The notes below the pieces were generated by a model, which was given only the letters and a program-made list of their open reading frames with translations, was not told where the DNA came from and searched no databases. 64,000 nucleotides of DNA. Origin: Anthoceros angustus. Lineage: Eukaryota; Plantae; Anthocerotophyta. Made by a program: the position numbers and the translations under genes. The stretch is taken from contig VJWM01000068.1 of assembly GCA_010909165.1 (NCBI GenBank), positions 1,054,001 to 1,118,000 of the forward strand. The letters are read 5' to 3'. Positions 38,201-51,970 of the stretch are shown in pieces. Each line of letters starts with the position of its first letter. The first letter of the stretch is position 1.

Positions 38201-40420
38201 TGCCGCGCTTACCGCTTGCAATTGCATTTGCGCTGCACTCATCGTTTGTGTTTGTGGCATGGCTGAGTGCGTTTGCCCTTGCGTGCAAAGCTGCAGTGTT
38301 TGGCACTTGCTGCATACATAGCACTAAGTACCCTGAAACAAGCTTATACCAGAAGGACCAACACAAGAAGGGCTTCCATGAAAACACTCGCACATATACA
38401 AGGCTTGCACCCAAAAAGCTGCGGTGCACAAGTGTAAAGTTCAAAGGCCTCTTGGACCACATAGCGATCCTCCACGCCACGCTGCCTCCCCTGCACTCAC
38501 ACAATGTCTTGGCCGCTTGTTTAACATGTACGTGTGGTGATCCGAACCCTAAAACCCTAAATACTAGGCTAACATTGTGTCATAGAAAATATTTGCCCCG
38601 CCTAGGAACCTACCGAAGTTGATGTGGTATATATTATACACCCATGCGTAAAGTCTCAAAGATGCCGTGGCATATTTAAAGGCGTACACCCAAAAAGAAA
38701 GTCACACGCACGCGAAGCCGGTGTATGGAATACCGATCCTGCGTCACGGGAGTGTGTGTGACTTTCTTTTTCGGTGGCTACGAGGATATGCCACGGAATC
38801 TTCGATACTCGTATAATACACGTATACGTGCCACATCGCCTTCACGGTTCGACGGAAAACATTCTATCACACGCTCATCCCCCCGTTCCGATGGTGTCAC
38901 ATGATCTTTTTGATGACGGTGTTAGGGTTTTCATCGTCTACACACAAACATGGCGGGGCAACACATACACACATGAACTTTTTGTTCGCGGTATGGCCAG
39001 CGTTCGGCACCGCAAATCCTCCGCTTACACATGCCGCCACTATATATGCAGGAAGGAGGATGTGGGAGCAACGCTTTGTGTGCTTGCCTACTAACATGCT
39101 TGTGTTGTGCGCTTGGATGTATGGGGCGACTGAAAGATGATCGTAACTTCACCTTTCAAACCGAACATCATGCGAAGGAAACCGGTGCAATGTGCATTAC
39201 AGATCGAACATGCTTCACACACTCCCTCCTCAACCTCATCAAAGGCAATGTCATCGTCCTACAAATCCACTTCGCCCTACGAGACACTGCGAATCGCGCT
39301 GCTCAACCAAAAACATCCGAACATAGTCTGCGCCACACCTCATGGTGGGAGCGCCACAAACAAAAACACCTCCCTACGCCACGCGGAAGAGCCTCAGGTG
39401 CCCTCCATCCTCTTGTGCTCGAACTTGGCTCCTCCTCTGCACTTCGTCACTCGGCCGCCTGCCGTGGAGGGGCCGAATGTCCCTCACCGGACATGGGAGG
39501 TGCACCTGACAGTTATGGCAGCGGCCCCTCGTGAGGTTGGGGAGGCGTGTTCATCCCGACCAATGGGAAGGGGGGGACCCCGGAAGGCGTGGCGGGGACA
39601 AGGAGAGGGTGGTCACCACCAAAGAACCGACTTGCACAGATCGGATCGGTATTCCATGTCACGGTCGCGCGGCATCCATTTTTTAGGGTTGGCATGTCTC
39701 GGTGTGTGGAACAATTTGTGTGTCGCATGGGTGTCGAATATAAATCAACCTACCGGATGCACTAAAGTTTTTTCGATACATAGAAACTTTTGTTCTCTCG
39801 GGTTTAGCGTTCGTATAGGTCATTGCAATTCCGTGCTATTGCGGCATGCATCTGGGCGCCGTATGTGGCGGTTGCGTTGCACCGCTGGTTACATTGTGTT
39901 TGTGCCGCGCTTACCGCTTGCAATTGCATTTGCGCTGCACTCATCGTTTGTGTTTGTGGCATGGCTTAGTGCGTTTGCCCTTGCGTGCAAAGCTGCAGTG
40001 TTTGGCACTTGCTGCATACATAGCACTAAGTACCCTGAAACAAGCTTATACCAGAAGGACCAACACAAGAAGGGCTTCCATGAAAACACTCGCACATATA
40101 CAAGGCTTGCACCCAAAAAAGCCTGCAGTGCACAAGTGTAAAGTTCAAAGGCCTCTTGGACCACATAATGCGATCTGTCCACGCCCAGTGATTACCTCCC
40201 CACACTCTGCACTCGCACAATGTCTTGGCGCTTGTTTAACATGTAATGGTGATCCGAACCTAAAACCTAAATACTAGGCTAACATTGTGTCATAGAAAAT
40301 TTGCCCTTCTAGGAACCTACGAAGTTGATGTGGTATATATTATACACCCATTATGTATCTCAGATGCCGTGGCATATTTGGTGGCGTACACCCAAAAAAA
40401 CAAAGTCACGAAGCCGAGTG
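35210..40420. repeat. Array of five ~0.8-0.9 kb related units (~35210, 36150, 36970, 37895, 39660) containing telo-box-like AAACCCTA/TTTAGGG motifs
   Basis: Shared blocks GTCACGCGGCATC, CAACCTACC.GATGATGCAC, CTCTCGGGTTTAG, TCAAAGGCCTCTTGGAC, GTACACCCAAAAAGAAAGTCACAC. Confidence 0.85.
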
Positions 40421-41300
40421 TATGGAATATCTGCGTCACGGGGTGTGTGGACTTTCTTTTTTGACGCCTTCGAGGATATGCCACGAATCTTCGATACTCA
40501 CATTATAATACTTATGTCGTGCCACATCAACTTCACGCGGGTTCTGTGAAAAACATTCTATCACGTTCATCGGCTGGTGTTGGATGGTGTCATCTGAATC
40601 TTTTTTCATAGCGGTGTTAGGGTTTTCATGGTCTACACACAAACATGGCGGGCAACACATACACACATGAACTTTTGTTCGCGGTATGGCCGCGTTCGCA
40701 GAAGCGCAAATCCTCCGCTTACACATCTTTCACTATATATGCGGAAGGGCGGATGTGGGAGGATCCCCGGTGTGCTTGCCTACTAACATGCTTGCTTGCG
40801 ATTGGATGTATGGGGACTTGACGAGAAGATGATCGTAACTTCACCTTTCAAACCGAACACGCGGGGAAACCATTGCAATGCGAGGCATTACAGATCGAAC
40901 ATGCTTCACACATCCTCCTCAACCTCATCAAAGCAGGGCAATGTCACTGCGTCCTACAAATCCACTTCCGGTCCTACGACACACCGGGCGCATGTTGCCG
41001 TTCAAAAAAAACATCCGAACATAGTCTGCGCTCACACCTCATGGTGGGGCGCGCTCTAAACAAAAAAACACCTCCCTCGCCATCGATCGCGGAAGAGCCT
41101 CGAGCGGGCCCTCCATCCTCTTGTGCTCGAACTTGGCTCCTCCTCTGCAGACTTTCGCCCCTGTCTTTTCTTTGTGGAGGGCGAATCCCTCCGCACCGGA
41201 CATGGGAGGTGCACCGATTTGCCATGGCGGGGCAGTGCAGCATCCACTGTGAGGTTGGGGAGGCGGGTTCATCCCGGCACCAATGGGAAGGGGACCCGAG
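38760..41300. repeat. Two diverged ~0.85 kb copies of a second module (~38760-39630 and ~40430-41300)
   Basis: Shared CTACACACAAACATGGCGG, GATGATCGTAACTTCACCTTTCAAACCGAACA and CCTCCATCCTCTTGTGCTCGAACTTGGCTCCTCCTCTGC. Confidence 0.85.
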
Positions 41301-42018
41301 CTGGAAGGCGTGGCGGGGGCGATTCTTGGGGAGGTGGCATCCACCGCACTTGCACATTGGCCCGATGGCATGGAGGATGCGGCCATTCTTTGCGTTCATG
41401 TATTCCATGAAACCGGCGCGATTTCCAGGCTGCGTTGTCGGCCGATCGTGAGTCATCCATCACTCCCTCCATGTCGGTGCAGTGGACCCTGAGGTTGCGC
41501 ACCTTCTCCACCACTTCAAGAAGGAGGCTGATGGCGCCCGTCATGGCTGCGTCGATTGCAACTGCATTGGACTTCGCCGTTGCTACCATACCTCGGAGCT
41601 CCATTGGAGCTGGATGCCCCACCTTGTTGCGGCCTTGGGCGGTGGCCCCCTCCCCACTGGTGCTGGCCCCATTCACGCCTCTCGGCCGAAGCACCGGGGT
41701 TCGCCCCTCCGGCACTCTCGCCCCTTGCATCTTGGCCTTCGCCCCCAGGCGCCGCCCGGCGCTGGGTCTGCCCCCCATTGGTGCACCCTCTTCCTCTTCC
41801 GGGTGCCCGCCCGGTGCCTCGAGCTCAGCGATGAGCTCGGCCAGCTCTCTCGGCCTTCGCCTCCTCACTCCGCGGCCGCCGTCTCGTTCGATCTTGGCGG
41901 CGCTCCACGTCCTATAGCGGATGCGAAGTTCCGTTTCGTAGATGACCACAGCAGGGCTGGTCTCGTCCACTCCGTCCACACCGCAAACCTCGCGGACATA
42001 TGAGTACGGGCATGGCAA
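41269..42018 (-). CDS. Hypothetical element-borne ORF (249 aa) with a possible coiled-coil end
   Basis: Open 750 nt with protein-like composition (ELAELIAELE, AISLLLEVVEKVRNLRVH). No family recognised, and GC-rich DNA gives long ORFs by chance. Confidence 0.3.
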   Translation of the reverse strand: MPCPYSYVREVCGVDGVDETSPAVVIYETELRIRYRTWSAAKIERDGGRGVRRRRPRELAELIAELEAPGGHPEEEEGAPMGGRPSAGRRLGAKAKMQGARVPEGRTPVLRPRGVNGASTSGEGATAQGRNKVGHPAPMELRGMVATAKSNAVAIDAAMTGAISLLLEVVEKVRNLRVHCTDMEGVMDDSRSADNAAWKSRRFHGIHERKEWPHPPCHRANVQVRWMPPPQESPPPRLPARVPFPLVPG

Positions 42019-43499
42019 AGTTCACCACTTGCAACCCGGCATTACGAGGCATGACAATGAGCGAACCCACCATTGTCAAACACATTGCGAGCGGATTGTG
42101 CGTGGTCACTTACCATCGAGTCTTCCGATTGTTGTCCGGTGGCGCTCCCTCGCCGCCGTTCGCAACCGGTCACGTCTCCTTCGTCGTCCGTGGCGCCTCC
42201 TCTCCCTCCTCGGTTTCGTTCTCCTCCACTCTCACCGGGCGCCCCTTGCAGGCCCGGCACTGGGAGCTTGCCCCACCATCCTCACCGCCTCGTCCCACCT
42301 CCTCCCCCCCCAGACGTCACGAGAAGGAGGCGCAAGGATGCCGGTCCCGTCACGGCATGCGCCTCTGTTTGCACCCTCGCCTTGCGCAACCACATGGGTT
42401 GCGATCCTTTCGCCTTGCGGTAGTTGGTGGTGCAAAGGCGAATGTCGGCTGCGGCTCGAAATGCTGCGGCCCTCGGCGCATGCGGCCGAGCCATCCCCAC
42501 CTGCGCCATTGGCGGGGCATGCGGCGAGCCACCCTCACTGCGGCCATTGGTGGCTGCGATCGGCCGATCCACCCCTTCCCCTACGGGCGTCGGCTGCCGC
42601 GCCGGTCATCCTCCTGCGGCCCTGCTGCATGCGCAACCCGGCTGCGCCGCTGCCCTCGGTGTCTTGCCTTCGACCCCTCATCTGCGGTCCGGGACTTTGG
42701 CTGCATGCAATCGCCCTCTCGCCCTCCGAGGTTTGGGCGGCAGCGTATCCGCTGCCACGGCAACCTTTGTGGGCTGCAAGCAGCGCACCTCTCCGCAGCT
42801 TGTTGGGGGCGCCCCAGGTGGCACGCCACAGGCTGCGGAGGGCTCCACCAAAGCGGCATCGGGATGCGCCCCCTACCATCCGCGACCGAGCCTCACTTTC
42901 TTGCATGCTCGTCCGTGGGCCATCTTCAAGCATTACTGGCAGCCTCGGTGTGGGCTGCGCCTCCGCCTCGCTCCGCTCACGCTGCCGCCGGGCGGGAAGC
43001 GATTGCCCCGCCGCGCCAGCCATTTCCTCATCGTCGCCACCATACAGCGGTGCGCTCCACATGCCCCGGCCGCCATGCCTTCCGGTCGCCTCCCTCCTCG
43101 TCCCGGCCGACATGGGTGTGTCGAGCTCCATGTCTTCCACCTCGCCGCCGCCCATATCGCCTATGCTCGTGAGCTTCCACTTTGAAAAGTGGCACTTGGA
43201 GTTCTTGGTGAAGAGCTGCCCCAACTTGCGCTAAGCGCTCCTGTTATACGTACTTTCAGCTGGCATTTGGCACCCCCAATGCATCACTTCGTTGCCACCA
43301 GGCGACTGTTTGGCGCTTCGCGCCAAGCTGCGGCTCTGCCATTCGATTTCAACACACGCGTTGCGCGCATGTTGCCACTGCGCTTTCGATTGCATGCGGT
43401 TCCAACCTTCTAACTGCGCTAACAGCTTGCTTGGAGTCCGGACAGTCGTTGACCGCTAGTCAACCTACCACTTACCGTCCTTTTCCGATGTGTTCACGC

Positions 43500-46400
43500 C
43501 ATCTATCCATGGCATCTACAGTACTTGCCTTTCCACCTTGCCTATAAATAGGAAGAAAAGTCCTTCTTTGGACCAATGTCACATGTGCATTGCCTATGGA
43601 TGGCATCCACATGGTATGTATGCATGATGGCTGGTTGACATGTGATGCATCGAACATTTGTACCTAGATCTTTGTGCCATGGCACAATCCATGTATGTGC
43701 ACCGTCATGCATGTCGGGAAGGGTACCATGACACATATAAAGGTCACGTGCGATTATAGAGAAGACATAAAATCAAAACCCAAGGAAAAGGTGCCCATGA
43801 CACGGCATCTACGTGACATGGTCACATGCATCACATGTCAACGCATCATGCATACATACCATGTGCATGTGCATCGTGATATATGTTCGACGCGGTACTC
43901 GGCACATACATACGTCAACGAATCTATATAGAAAAGACCTAAAAATCAAAACCCAAGGAAAATGTGCACATGGAAAGCACATGGTATGCATGCATGCAGG
44001 ATGGATGGTTGACATGTGAAGTATGTGAACATGTATACCTAGATGCTGTGTCATGGGCACCTTTTCCATCTATGTGCATCGTGATGCATGTTCGGCAGGG
44101 TACTATGACACATATATAGGTCAGCGCATCTATATTCAAAATACCTAAACACCATAACCCAAGGAAAAAGTCGTTCTTGATTGCATGAATATCAATTGTT
44201 CAAGGCCAAGGACAAGTGGGATTACAAATATACCTAGCTCGCCTACCATCCGATGTGGTGGCACTCCATCAACAGTTCCGGTTTTTTGCCTATATATGTG
44301 GGCTACCCAACCATGGACTACCAACTACACGCTTGCCTATCCACCGCCTATATATGAAGAAACGTCCTTGGCCTTTGGACTCCCATGTGCTGGATGGCAT
44401 GCACATGGTGTGTGTGTTGACATGGTGCATGTGACCTAGCTATGATCTTTGTGTCATGGCACAATCAACCTATGTGCATCGCGATGTTTGTAAGGCCGAT
44501 TACTCGACACATATAGGTCACCGCACCTATATAGAAAATACCGAAATCATAAACCAAGGAAAAGGGCTAGTAGGTTGTTAAGTGCATAAATATCATTTGT
44601 TCAAAGGCCAAGGAGAAGTAGGATTCTACATAGATCAAGTGCCTACCATCGGGTGTGTGGTGCTTCATCGAGAGTCCCGGTGGTTTTGCCTATATATGTG
44701 GGCTACCCAACCTATGATTCTTCGATTGTACATGTTTGTCATAAAGGATAGGCAGCCATACTTTTCTCTTTTCCCTCTTCTCACCTTTGGGAACCGCATT
44801 GTCTAGTGGGAGGCGTGTCCGGTTGTCTTTGTCAATACCTACCTATAATGTCCGCAATGGCGGGTCGCATACCTACTTGTTTCATTCATTTGGTGATTCT
44901 CGGTTTGGTCCAAAGGCCAAGGTCTTCCTTCATTGATTGACATATTGGTGCAAAGGCCAAGGAGTTTTGTTCCCTTCATTGCCAATGTGAAGCTCCAAAG
45001 GCCAATGAGTATTTTCCTTTCATGACGGTCGGGGATGGTCCAAAGGGAAGGCCTTGTCTTATATATAGGCGGCGAGGCGGGATAGGCAAGTACCGTGTTG
45101 GTTGGGAAATGGATTTTCTTACACATGAATCGGACCTTACATTGGACCATTCGTCAATCCGAGTACATTTTAGTCCTTGGCCTTTGGGCGTCAACGAGAA
45201 ATATCATGTCAACTAGTCCTCGGCCTATGGCCCAATGGAAAACAACATGTTGTTTTCGTCATTGGGCCATAAAGGCCGCGAACTAATCTGACATGAAAAA
45301 GCGAAAACACCGTCGTTGTGCTTTGGACCCGACCACTACGAGCGAGCAAATTCGTCGGGGCTTTGGACCGATTACAATTCGGCGGTCTGCCCCTTCCTAC
45401 CGCCATTCCACAACCACTCTTCCACTCGCGATCGCGGCCATTGCTATTATGAGCGGCCCATGCCGCCGCCACCCATGCAAGTTCACGCTATGCCTCCGGT
45501 GATTGCGGCGATCGCAATCAGCACCTCCTTTGGAGGCCATTCCCTGCGCCTCTCCCTCCGTCCGATCGCCGCGCCTCCACCGCGCATTCGAAGGACCTTC
45601 CTCCCACCGCATAAGGCACGGCACGGACGGATGGTGTGCGGCGTGCGAGTGGGCTCACCATCGATGATGCACCAAAGCGCCTTCCCTCCGCATCCGACCG
45701 CGCTGCATCCCGTCTTCCACCACGCGGTCAAACTCCTCGGCGTCATGCCCGGCACCTCACCGGCTGAATGCAATGGCCCATACCCCTTTGTCTCATCGGA
45801 GCACCCCTTTTCGGCCATGACCGACCGCACTTCCATCGCACACTTCTGTTGTCTTCTTCAGTGACGTCCGCCTCGCATCCGATGTACAGCAAAACTTTGA
45901 GCTGTCCACCCCTCGGATTGTCGCGACAACAACCTTGCTCGTGATGCGCACCACCCTCGCGATCGCCATGCGTGCGGTCGCTCCACTGGAAGACCTTCCG
46001 CCTCCAAAACCCCTGCACCTCTTTCCATTTCCCATTGTGATTGTCGGGCGCGGCCGATTGGAACCTCGCGGGGCGCGCCGTTCCGCGCCATTCGACGCGG
46101 CGCCACCGCCAACCCTACGGTTTCCGTATTATTGCGCCCCGACCTTGTTTCTGTCCATTCTCAATTGGTGACGGAAAGCAATTCACGTCGGGAACTGGCC
46201 GTCTGTTCCACAGGGGTGCAGCTGCCTCGATTTTTCGTATCCGGCCATCGCAAACCAAGAAGTGAGTGCGGACAGGCTCAAAGTCTCTTCACATTAGTGC
46301 CCTCTTGTGCGGGGGCCAGGACAAACACAACGAAACCACTTGCGGTCTCTAATGAAGCGGTCCGACTCCGGCCTTTCAAGCGTTCCCATACACGGAGTTC

Positions 46401-49400
46401 ATGCGGATGGCTTCATCGCAGCGTGGCCATCACGAGCTTGAGACATAGGCGGGGCGATGAGTGCGAGGCACGTCCTCGAGGTGCCCAAAATGCGGGAGGA
46501 ACACGACCACCATTGGCCTGCAGAAGTAAACTCATCGGTGATGAAGGTGAGCAGTAGCTCTATCGCCGAATGACATCTCTCGGCGATTTCCGCGAACATT
46601 TCTCTAAAGCTGCGGCGGGCCTCGAATCTCACTCCACGACGCGTCGCCCATCCATGCGTGGCAGTGAAGAACTTGGTGACACTCTCAAACGTGCACTCCC
46701 CTAGACACTCCAACATGGCCCTCTTGTCCAGGCTGTGCACCACATGCGGAACCCCTCTCCCACCCACCCGCCAACGTGCAGGCACTCGGTGAATAAAAGC
46801 TGGTCCTGCACCTTCTTCCGAATGCGCGCCACCTGCCGCCCCAGGACATGCGAGGGCTTCAGGTCGGCCACATGCTTGAAAAATCCGGGGCACATGCGCC
46901 GGACCAGCGGCCGATGAAATCGCAGCCCTGCTCCTCTTATCGCCCAGCGTTTGATTCTTGGAGGATGGCCATGGTGTGGGTGGGTTGTCAACATATCCGT
47001 CTTAAAAGCCCTCTTCAACGTCCTCTGTGCCCGCATCCTTCCACTCCTTGTGCACGCCATCCTTTTGGCTCCCTAGTGCGTCGCGAGTGTGGCAAATGTC
47101 ATGGGACGACTCACCTCAATGCCATTTGCCGGCATGTATACGGTGGCGAAGAACATGGCACAAGGAGGCATCTGCCGTCGTCGGCGCGCACATTTTGCAT
47201 CAATTGCCAAATATCTTACCATGCTTCAGGGGTCGGATGCACTCACATGGTGATGTGGTAATGTGTAACCACCGACACGTTCGAACACGCCGTCCACAAA
47301 TATGGCGACTCCCAGTACTTCGAGCCTCGTGATGCCGTCGTAGGCCGCATCCTGTTCCAACCTCGTGGACTACATCACCATGTCCCGTGCACAGTGCGAT
47401 GCACTCTAAGCGGTGGGAAAGGTCCCCCCTCCCAGCGAAATTGTCGAGCGTTGTTGGCACTCCATGCCCGCCTCAACCCGCAATCACCAATGCGCGTTCG
47501 AACCCCATCGAGGCACCATTGTGCAAATAATGGCATGACTCGCTCACGGAGGGTTAGGATGTCCTCGAATCGCCGCTCCTGCTCCGTTCGACGGCATCTG
47601 AGCCTTCTCGGTCACCGCAAACGCATCGCATGCGGCGCGTCTTCCTCCGCCGCGGAATGCCATAAGCGCCCGCGTCTGCGTCCTTTCTCCGCCTTCCTCG
47701 GTGCATGCTCTGGGCGACCCAAGTGCGGTGGGCTGCGGTGCGATCGGAGCATCTCTCCTCATCCATCGCGAACCTCAAGTTGGTGCTATTCGCGTTATGC
47801 GCAACTCTTCCGTCATGGATCGAAGGTCGTCGTCCATATCCTCGAGAAGGCGGACCAGCCCGGTGGAGGCGCTGCGTCGAAGAACCCACGGATGGTGGCG
47901 ATGTCGAACATTTCCGGCCCGTCCATGCCTTGCACCATCTCGGATGCGAGCCCTTCCCGGTTCGTACTGCGCCCGTCTCCACGATGTTGCAGCCTTGCAA
48001 GCGGCCGCACCCGCATCGGTTTCGCGATCGCCATTCGCCTTCTCGCAAGTGACCCAAAATTTGAAGAAGAACCTCCTCTGGCGATGGCTGCCGATTCACG
48101 CCCCGGCCCGCGCCTTCCCTTCCCACTGCGGTGGTGTGTGCGGAGCTCTTCCACAACTAAAAGGTCCGTTGCCATGCGTTAGAGCCTCTTCCGCTCCGCG
48201 AGGCCTCCATGAGCAGGCGTGCCGCCCCGTCCGCGCCCGGGGACTTCGTCGCCGCCTCCACGAGGCCCTACCGCTGGCGCTTCTGGGCCTTGGGGAGAGG
48301 AAATTGTGCCTCCTCCCACATGTCCCGAGGTCGAGGGTGGGATGCGGCGGGTGCCTCAAGGTCGGGGATGCGGACGGTCGGCGGCGTTGTTGAACTCTCC
48401 TCCCTCGAGGCGCGACCACGACCACCGCGCCGCTCTCCATCCCCCGGTGACATCCACTTCTTCCTCCTCCGGCCAATCGTAAACCTCGAAGGCGCCGCTC
48501 GCTCCTACCTCCGCTGCAGAGGTGTAAATTGCTGTCCGTCCCGGATGTACGGCATTTGCATCGACTGTCGGCTCTGTGTGTCTTGGGGAAATTGGGAGAA
48601 TGTCGCTGGATACCGGACTTGTGTGTGCGGCGGCGGCATCACGGACCACAGCCGGACCCATGCCGGCGAGCTTCGAATAGAGCCTCGCACCCCTCAACAA
48701 TGGGCACACCGTACTTGCGACGGCGTTCCATTGTCGTCGCCCCCATGCACACCGTAAGCTCCACTGCGTGGTCGGCGCGAAGACAACTCGCCGCCTTCTC
48801 CATCTCCCAAGTCGACCTTGGGCAAAGCCTTGTCCGGCGGTACTTGTACCCGAGCGACTTTGTGAACGCGCCTCCGCCATCAAGCGGTGCGCGCTCTTTG
48901 CTTCTTCGGGCCTATACCCGTGATTCGGAGTTGCGTGAATGGGATTGTCCCAACGGCGCCCGCGGCCTCGCTCACTCGCGCGTCTCCATCCTCCCACCGC
49001 GGGCGGATTGCGTAGATGATCCGCCCATTCTCCGCCATATGTGGATGGGCGCACACGCGTTGAACCTCCGGCGGTCCGGCGATGGCGGCTTGGGCGCGGG
49101 GCCGTCATGCGGATATTGGGCATCGGCGCGCCGTGAAGTGCGTGTCGCCGCCGGCCAGCGCAATTACGCCCGGCTCACGCGGTGCGCGGCGCCCGCGATG
49201 GACGCCGCTCCATCCGAGCGGATCGATGACCGCCCATGGGGGCATATTCTTGGCGATCATTGGCGTCTTGCCGTCGTGCGAGCATGTGTGCCATTTCTTC
49301 TCTCTGCCGCCGGTTGTGGTGCCTGCACGTGTCTTCCGAGCGCCATGGTGCACATGTGAAGACCCACACCGCGCCTGTGCCACCCCAACCGTGCGAGCGC

Positions 49401-51970
49401 CTCGATGTGGGACGACGGGCGCATGGAAGGAGATCGATGGCCGGGTCGCAAGCATTGCGCGTGTTGAGTGGGTGCGGAAAGCTGAAATCATATATTCCTC
49501 CGTGTCCCATACGACATAATCTTTGACGCGGCGGCATGTATCTGAGTTCGGTTAGGGAGTGGCCGTCAGCTTGCGTAAGTTTTGGCTCACGATATGCGCT
49601 TCTGCATTGCGACTATGTGGCTGCTTTCAACTCCTTGCCCGCGCCCCCATCTTGCGGATGCTGCGGCTCAACACCCTCATCGCGTTGCCCGCGCATCTTC
49701 GCTCCGCTGGTTTGAGCGGCATGACGCCGGCGTTTGACTTTCCGCTCGGCCGCCAAACATGCGGTATGGTCCCGGCGATCATGGTTCCTTCCGTCACGTG
49801 CGAAGATCGTACATATGTGTCCCAATAACATATTGGGTCCGATATGTTCAAATAAACTATTGGGCGGAAGTGCAATGATGCGCTATCAACGCGCCTCCGA
49901 GCATTTGTGGGACCGCACAATATCGGCGTTGTGGAACAATTCATTGTGTGCTTATTGAAATGCCCTTCTCATCCGATGTCTATGGGCTGCGTTGCATGAG
50001 CGGTCGACCACGTGGTGGGAGGTCTGTTTGGAGGCAGAAAGGCGAGCATTTTGCTGCATGGCCATTGCACAACCATCCGGCTCCTTCCTCGGCCAACATG
50101 CCTTTTAGGCATCCGCCATAATCCACCATCGCTATGCATTAATATCCCTTAGTAGTCCGCGCCATATTCTGCTCTGTACCGGCTCATGAAGTCCATCCCA
50201 TTTTGCTTGCCATAAAATCCGTGAACATGGCCCATCTTGGCTGCCAGACCATTCACTTCATTTTTGATGGCATGGTTGCCCTTGGCCTTCCAGCGCCTCG
50301 TGGTTGGAGATTTGTCAGTCACTCCACATCCGACCCATCCGGGGTCCTCCCCCACCTTACCGGCCCGCTCCGGACAGCGTAGTGCCCGCCCGCGCCATCC
50401 AGCCCGCAGGGAGGCGAGCCGCGGCTGGCAGGCGACCGCCACCCACCCGCACACCCGCACCCCAATGAACCCCACCCCAACCCGCCCGCCAGCCGCCCCA
50501 CCCAACAAACAGCGAAAATGCCGACCCACCATTGCCCAAAATGCCAAATACATAAAATGTATACAATGCGGAATAGTGCAAAATGCCCAAACGCCTAAAT
50601 TTCGCAAATTGCCTAACATTTAAATTCATCAAATTGCAGAAAATGCCATGCATTATGGGAGACAAGTGCAGTTGATGGAGTGATGCGAATGGAGGCATGG
50701 CGGGTTGATGATGAGGTGCAACGGTGCATTGACTATGCGACGACGCGCCCACACTGCACGTTGCACTATGGAGCACTTGAATGCGTTGCGAATGACCCAA
50801 TCTAACACGGTGCACTCCTCGAACTACACGATTGACAATGGATAAAGCATGAGGGTGCATAATCGTTATATATGACATGAACAATGGTCCCTTCATCCAA
50901 GAGCAAAGGAAAAGGTCAAATCAAGTTGGTTGCATGATGCTCCCACGATCCCATATGTCACAAGGAGAAAGAAGAAGTTCGGAGTATGTATGCCTCTTCA
51001 TCCGGAGAAACATGTATAATCAAGAATGAATGGTAGGAAGGCCATATATAGACATGTATAGTGGTCTGTCAGAACACCAAGGAAGCGGGTTGAAACACGT
51101 GCCACCTCTCACCGATGGTAGGCACGTCATGTATTTATCCTACTTTTCCTTGGCCTTGAACAAATGATATTTATGTGCACAACATGCTCGCCTTTTCAAG
51201 ACACGAAGAAGAGATTGCGGTAAGGATGGACCCTTTTCCATGAGCAAACATCTACAATCCAAGTATCAATGGCTATGGTACATATAGACAAAGTGGTCCC
51301 GTGCCAAGCCCAAGGAACAGGTTAAATCACGTGCCACCATGGTAGTACGCAAATCTATTTATAATCATACTTCTCCGGCCTTGAACAAATGATAATTATA
51401 CCGAACAACATACTCGCCTTTTCCTTGGGTTTTATTTATTTTCAATATATATTATGACCTATATATGTGTCATAATCTGAGTCGAACATGCATCACGATG
51501 TACATAGATTGATTGTGCCATGGGAGCATGTAGGTAGACATGTTCACACACATCGCATATCAAGCATGCAACATGACATGCATACCATGTGCATGCCATC
51601 AATGGGCAATGAACATATGATTGGTCCAAGGCCAGGACTTTTCTCCCGACATATAAGCAAGGGATAGAAGGCATAGTGTACAGGGAATCCATGGTTGGGC
51701 ATACATAGGAAAAACCCACAGGGTCTATGTATAATCCTACTTCTCCTTGGCCTTGAATAAATAATGTATATGCACCAACACCATGCTCGCTTTTCCTTGG
51801 GTTATGATTTTAGGTATTTCTATTCTGTGAGACCCATATATGTGTCATAGTCATTCCATAGTACGTGTCAACCGTCCATCATGCATAAAGACCATGGGTG
51901 GGTGGCATGGTGTTCACATCGAGGACATGAGGTTTCCTTGTTAGTGATTGACCTATATAAGTGTCTCTGG
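43500..51970. mobile_element. Nested element with ~1 kb imperfect inverted arms made of ~0.4 kb tandem units (MULE/foldback-like)
   Basis: GCATAAATATCATTTGTTCAAAGGCCAAGGAGAAGTAGGAT (~44585) is the reverse complement of blocks at ~51135 and ~51735; ~43500-43600 pairs with ~51600-51700. Exact ends not resolved. Confidence 0.6.
46400..47330 (-). pseudogene. Possible degenerate MULE-like transposase core
   Basis: Fragments VAIFVDGVF..GGYTL, YLAIDAK...CAMFF, FKHVADLKPSHV (compare DLKPSTFFVDD at ~29700) and RAMLECLGECTFESV, spread over different frames. Confidence 0.4.

Noticed and set aside
35500-40250. Repeated peptide KYPETSLYQKDQHKKGFHENTR in the array as a protein repeat
   Set aside because: The frame is not maintained between units, consistent with non-coding repeat DNA.
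35300-40300. Telomere or interstitial telomeric array
   Set aside because: Only one or two TTTAGGG/CCCTAAA units per module, no long tract.
46900-47330. KDZ/Zisupton-like cysteine cluster (PCECIRP...GESSHD)
   Set aside because: Too few matches, and other frames fit MULE motifs at least as well.
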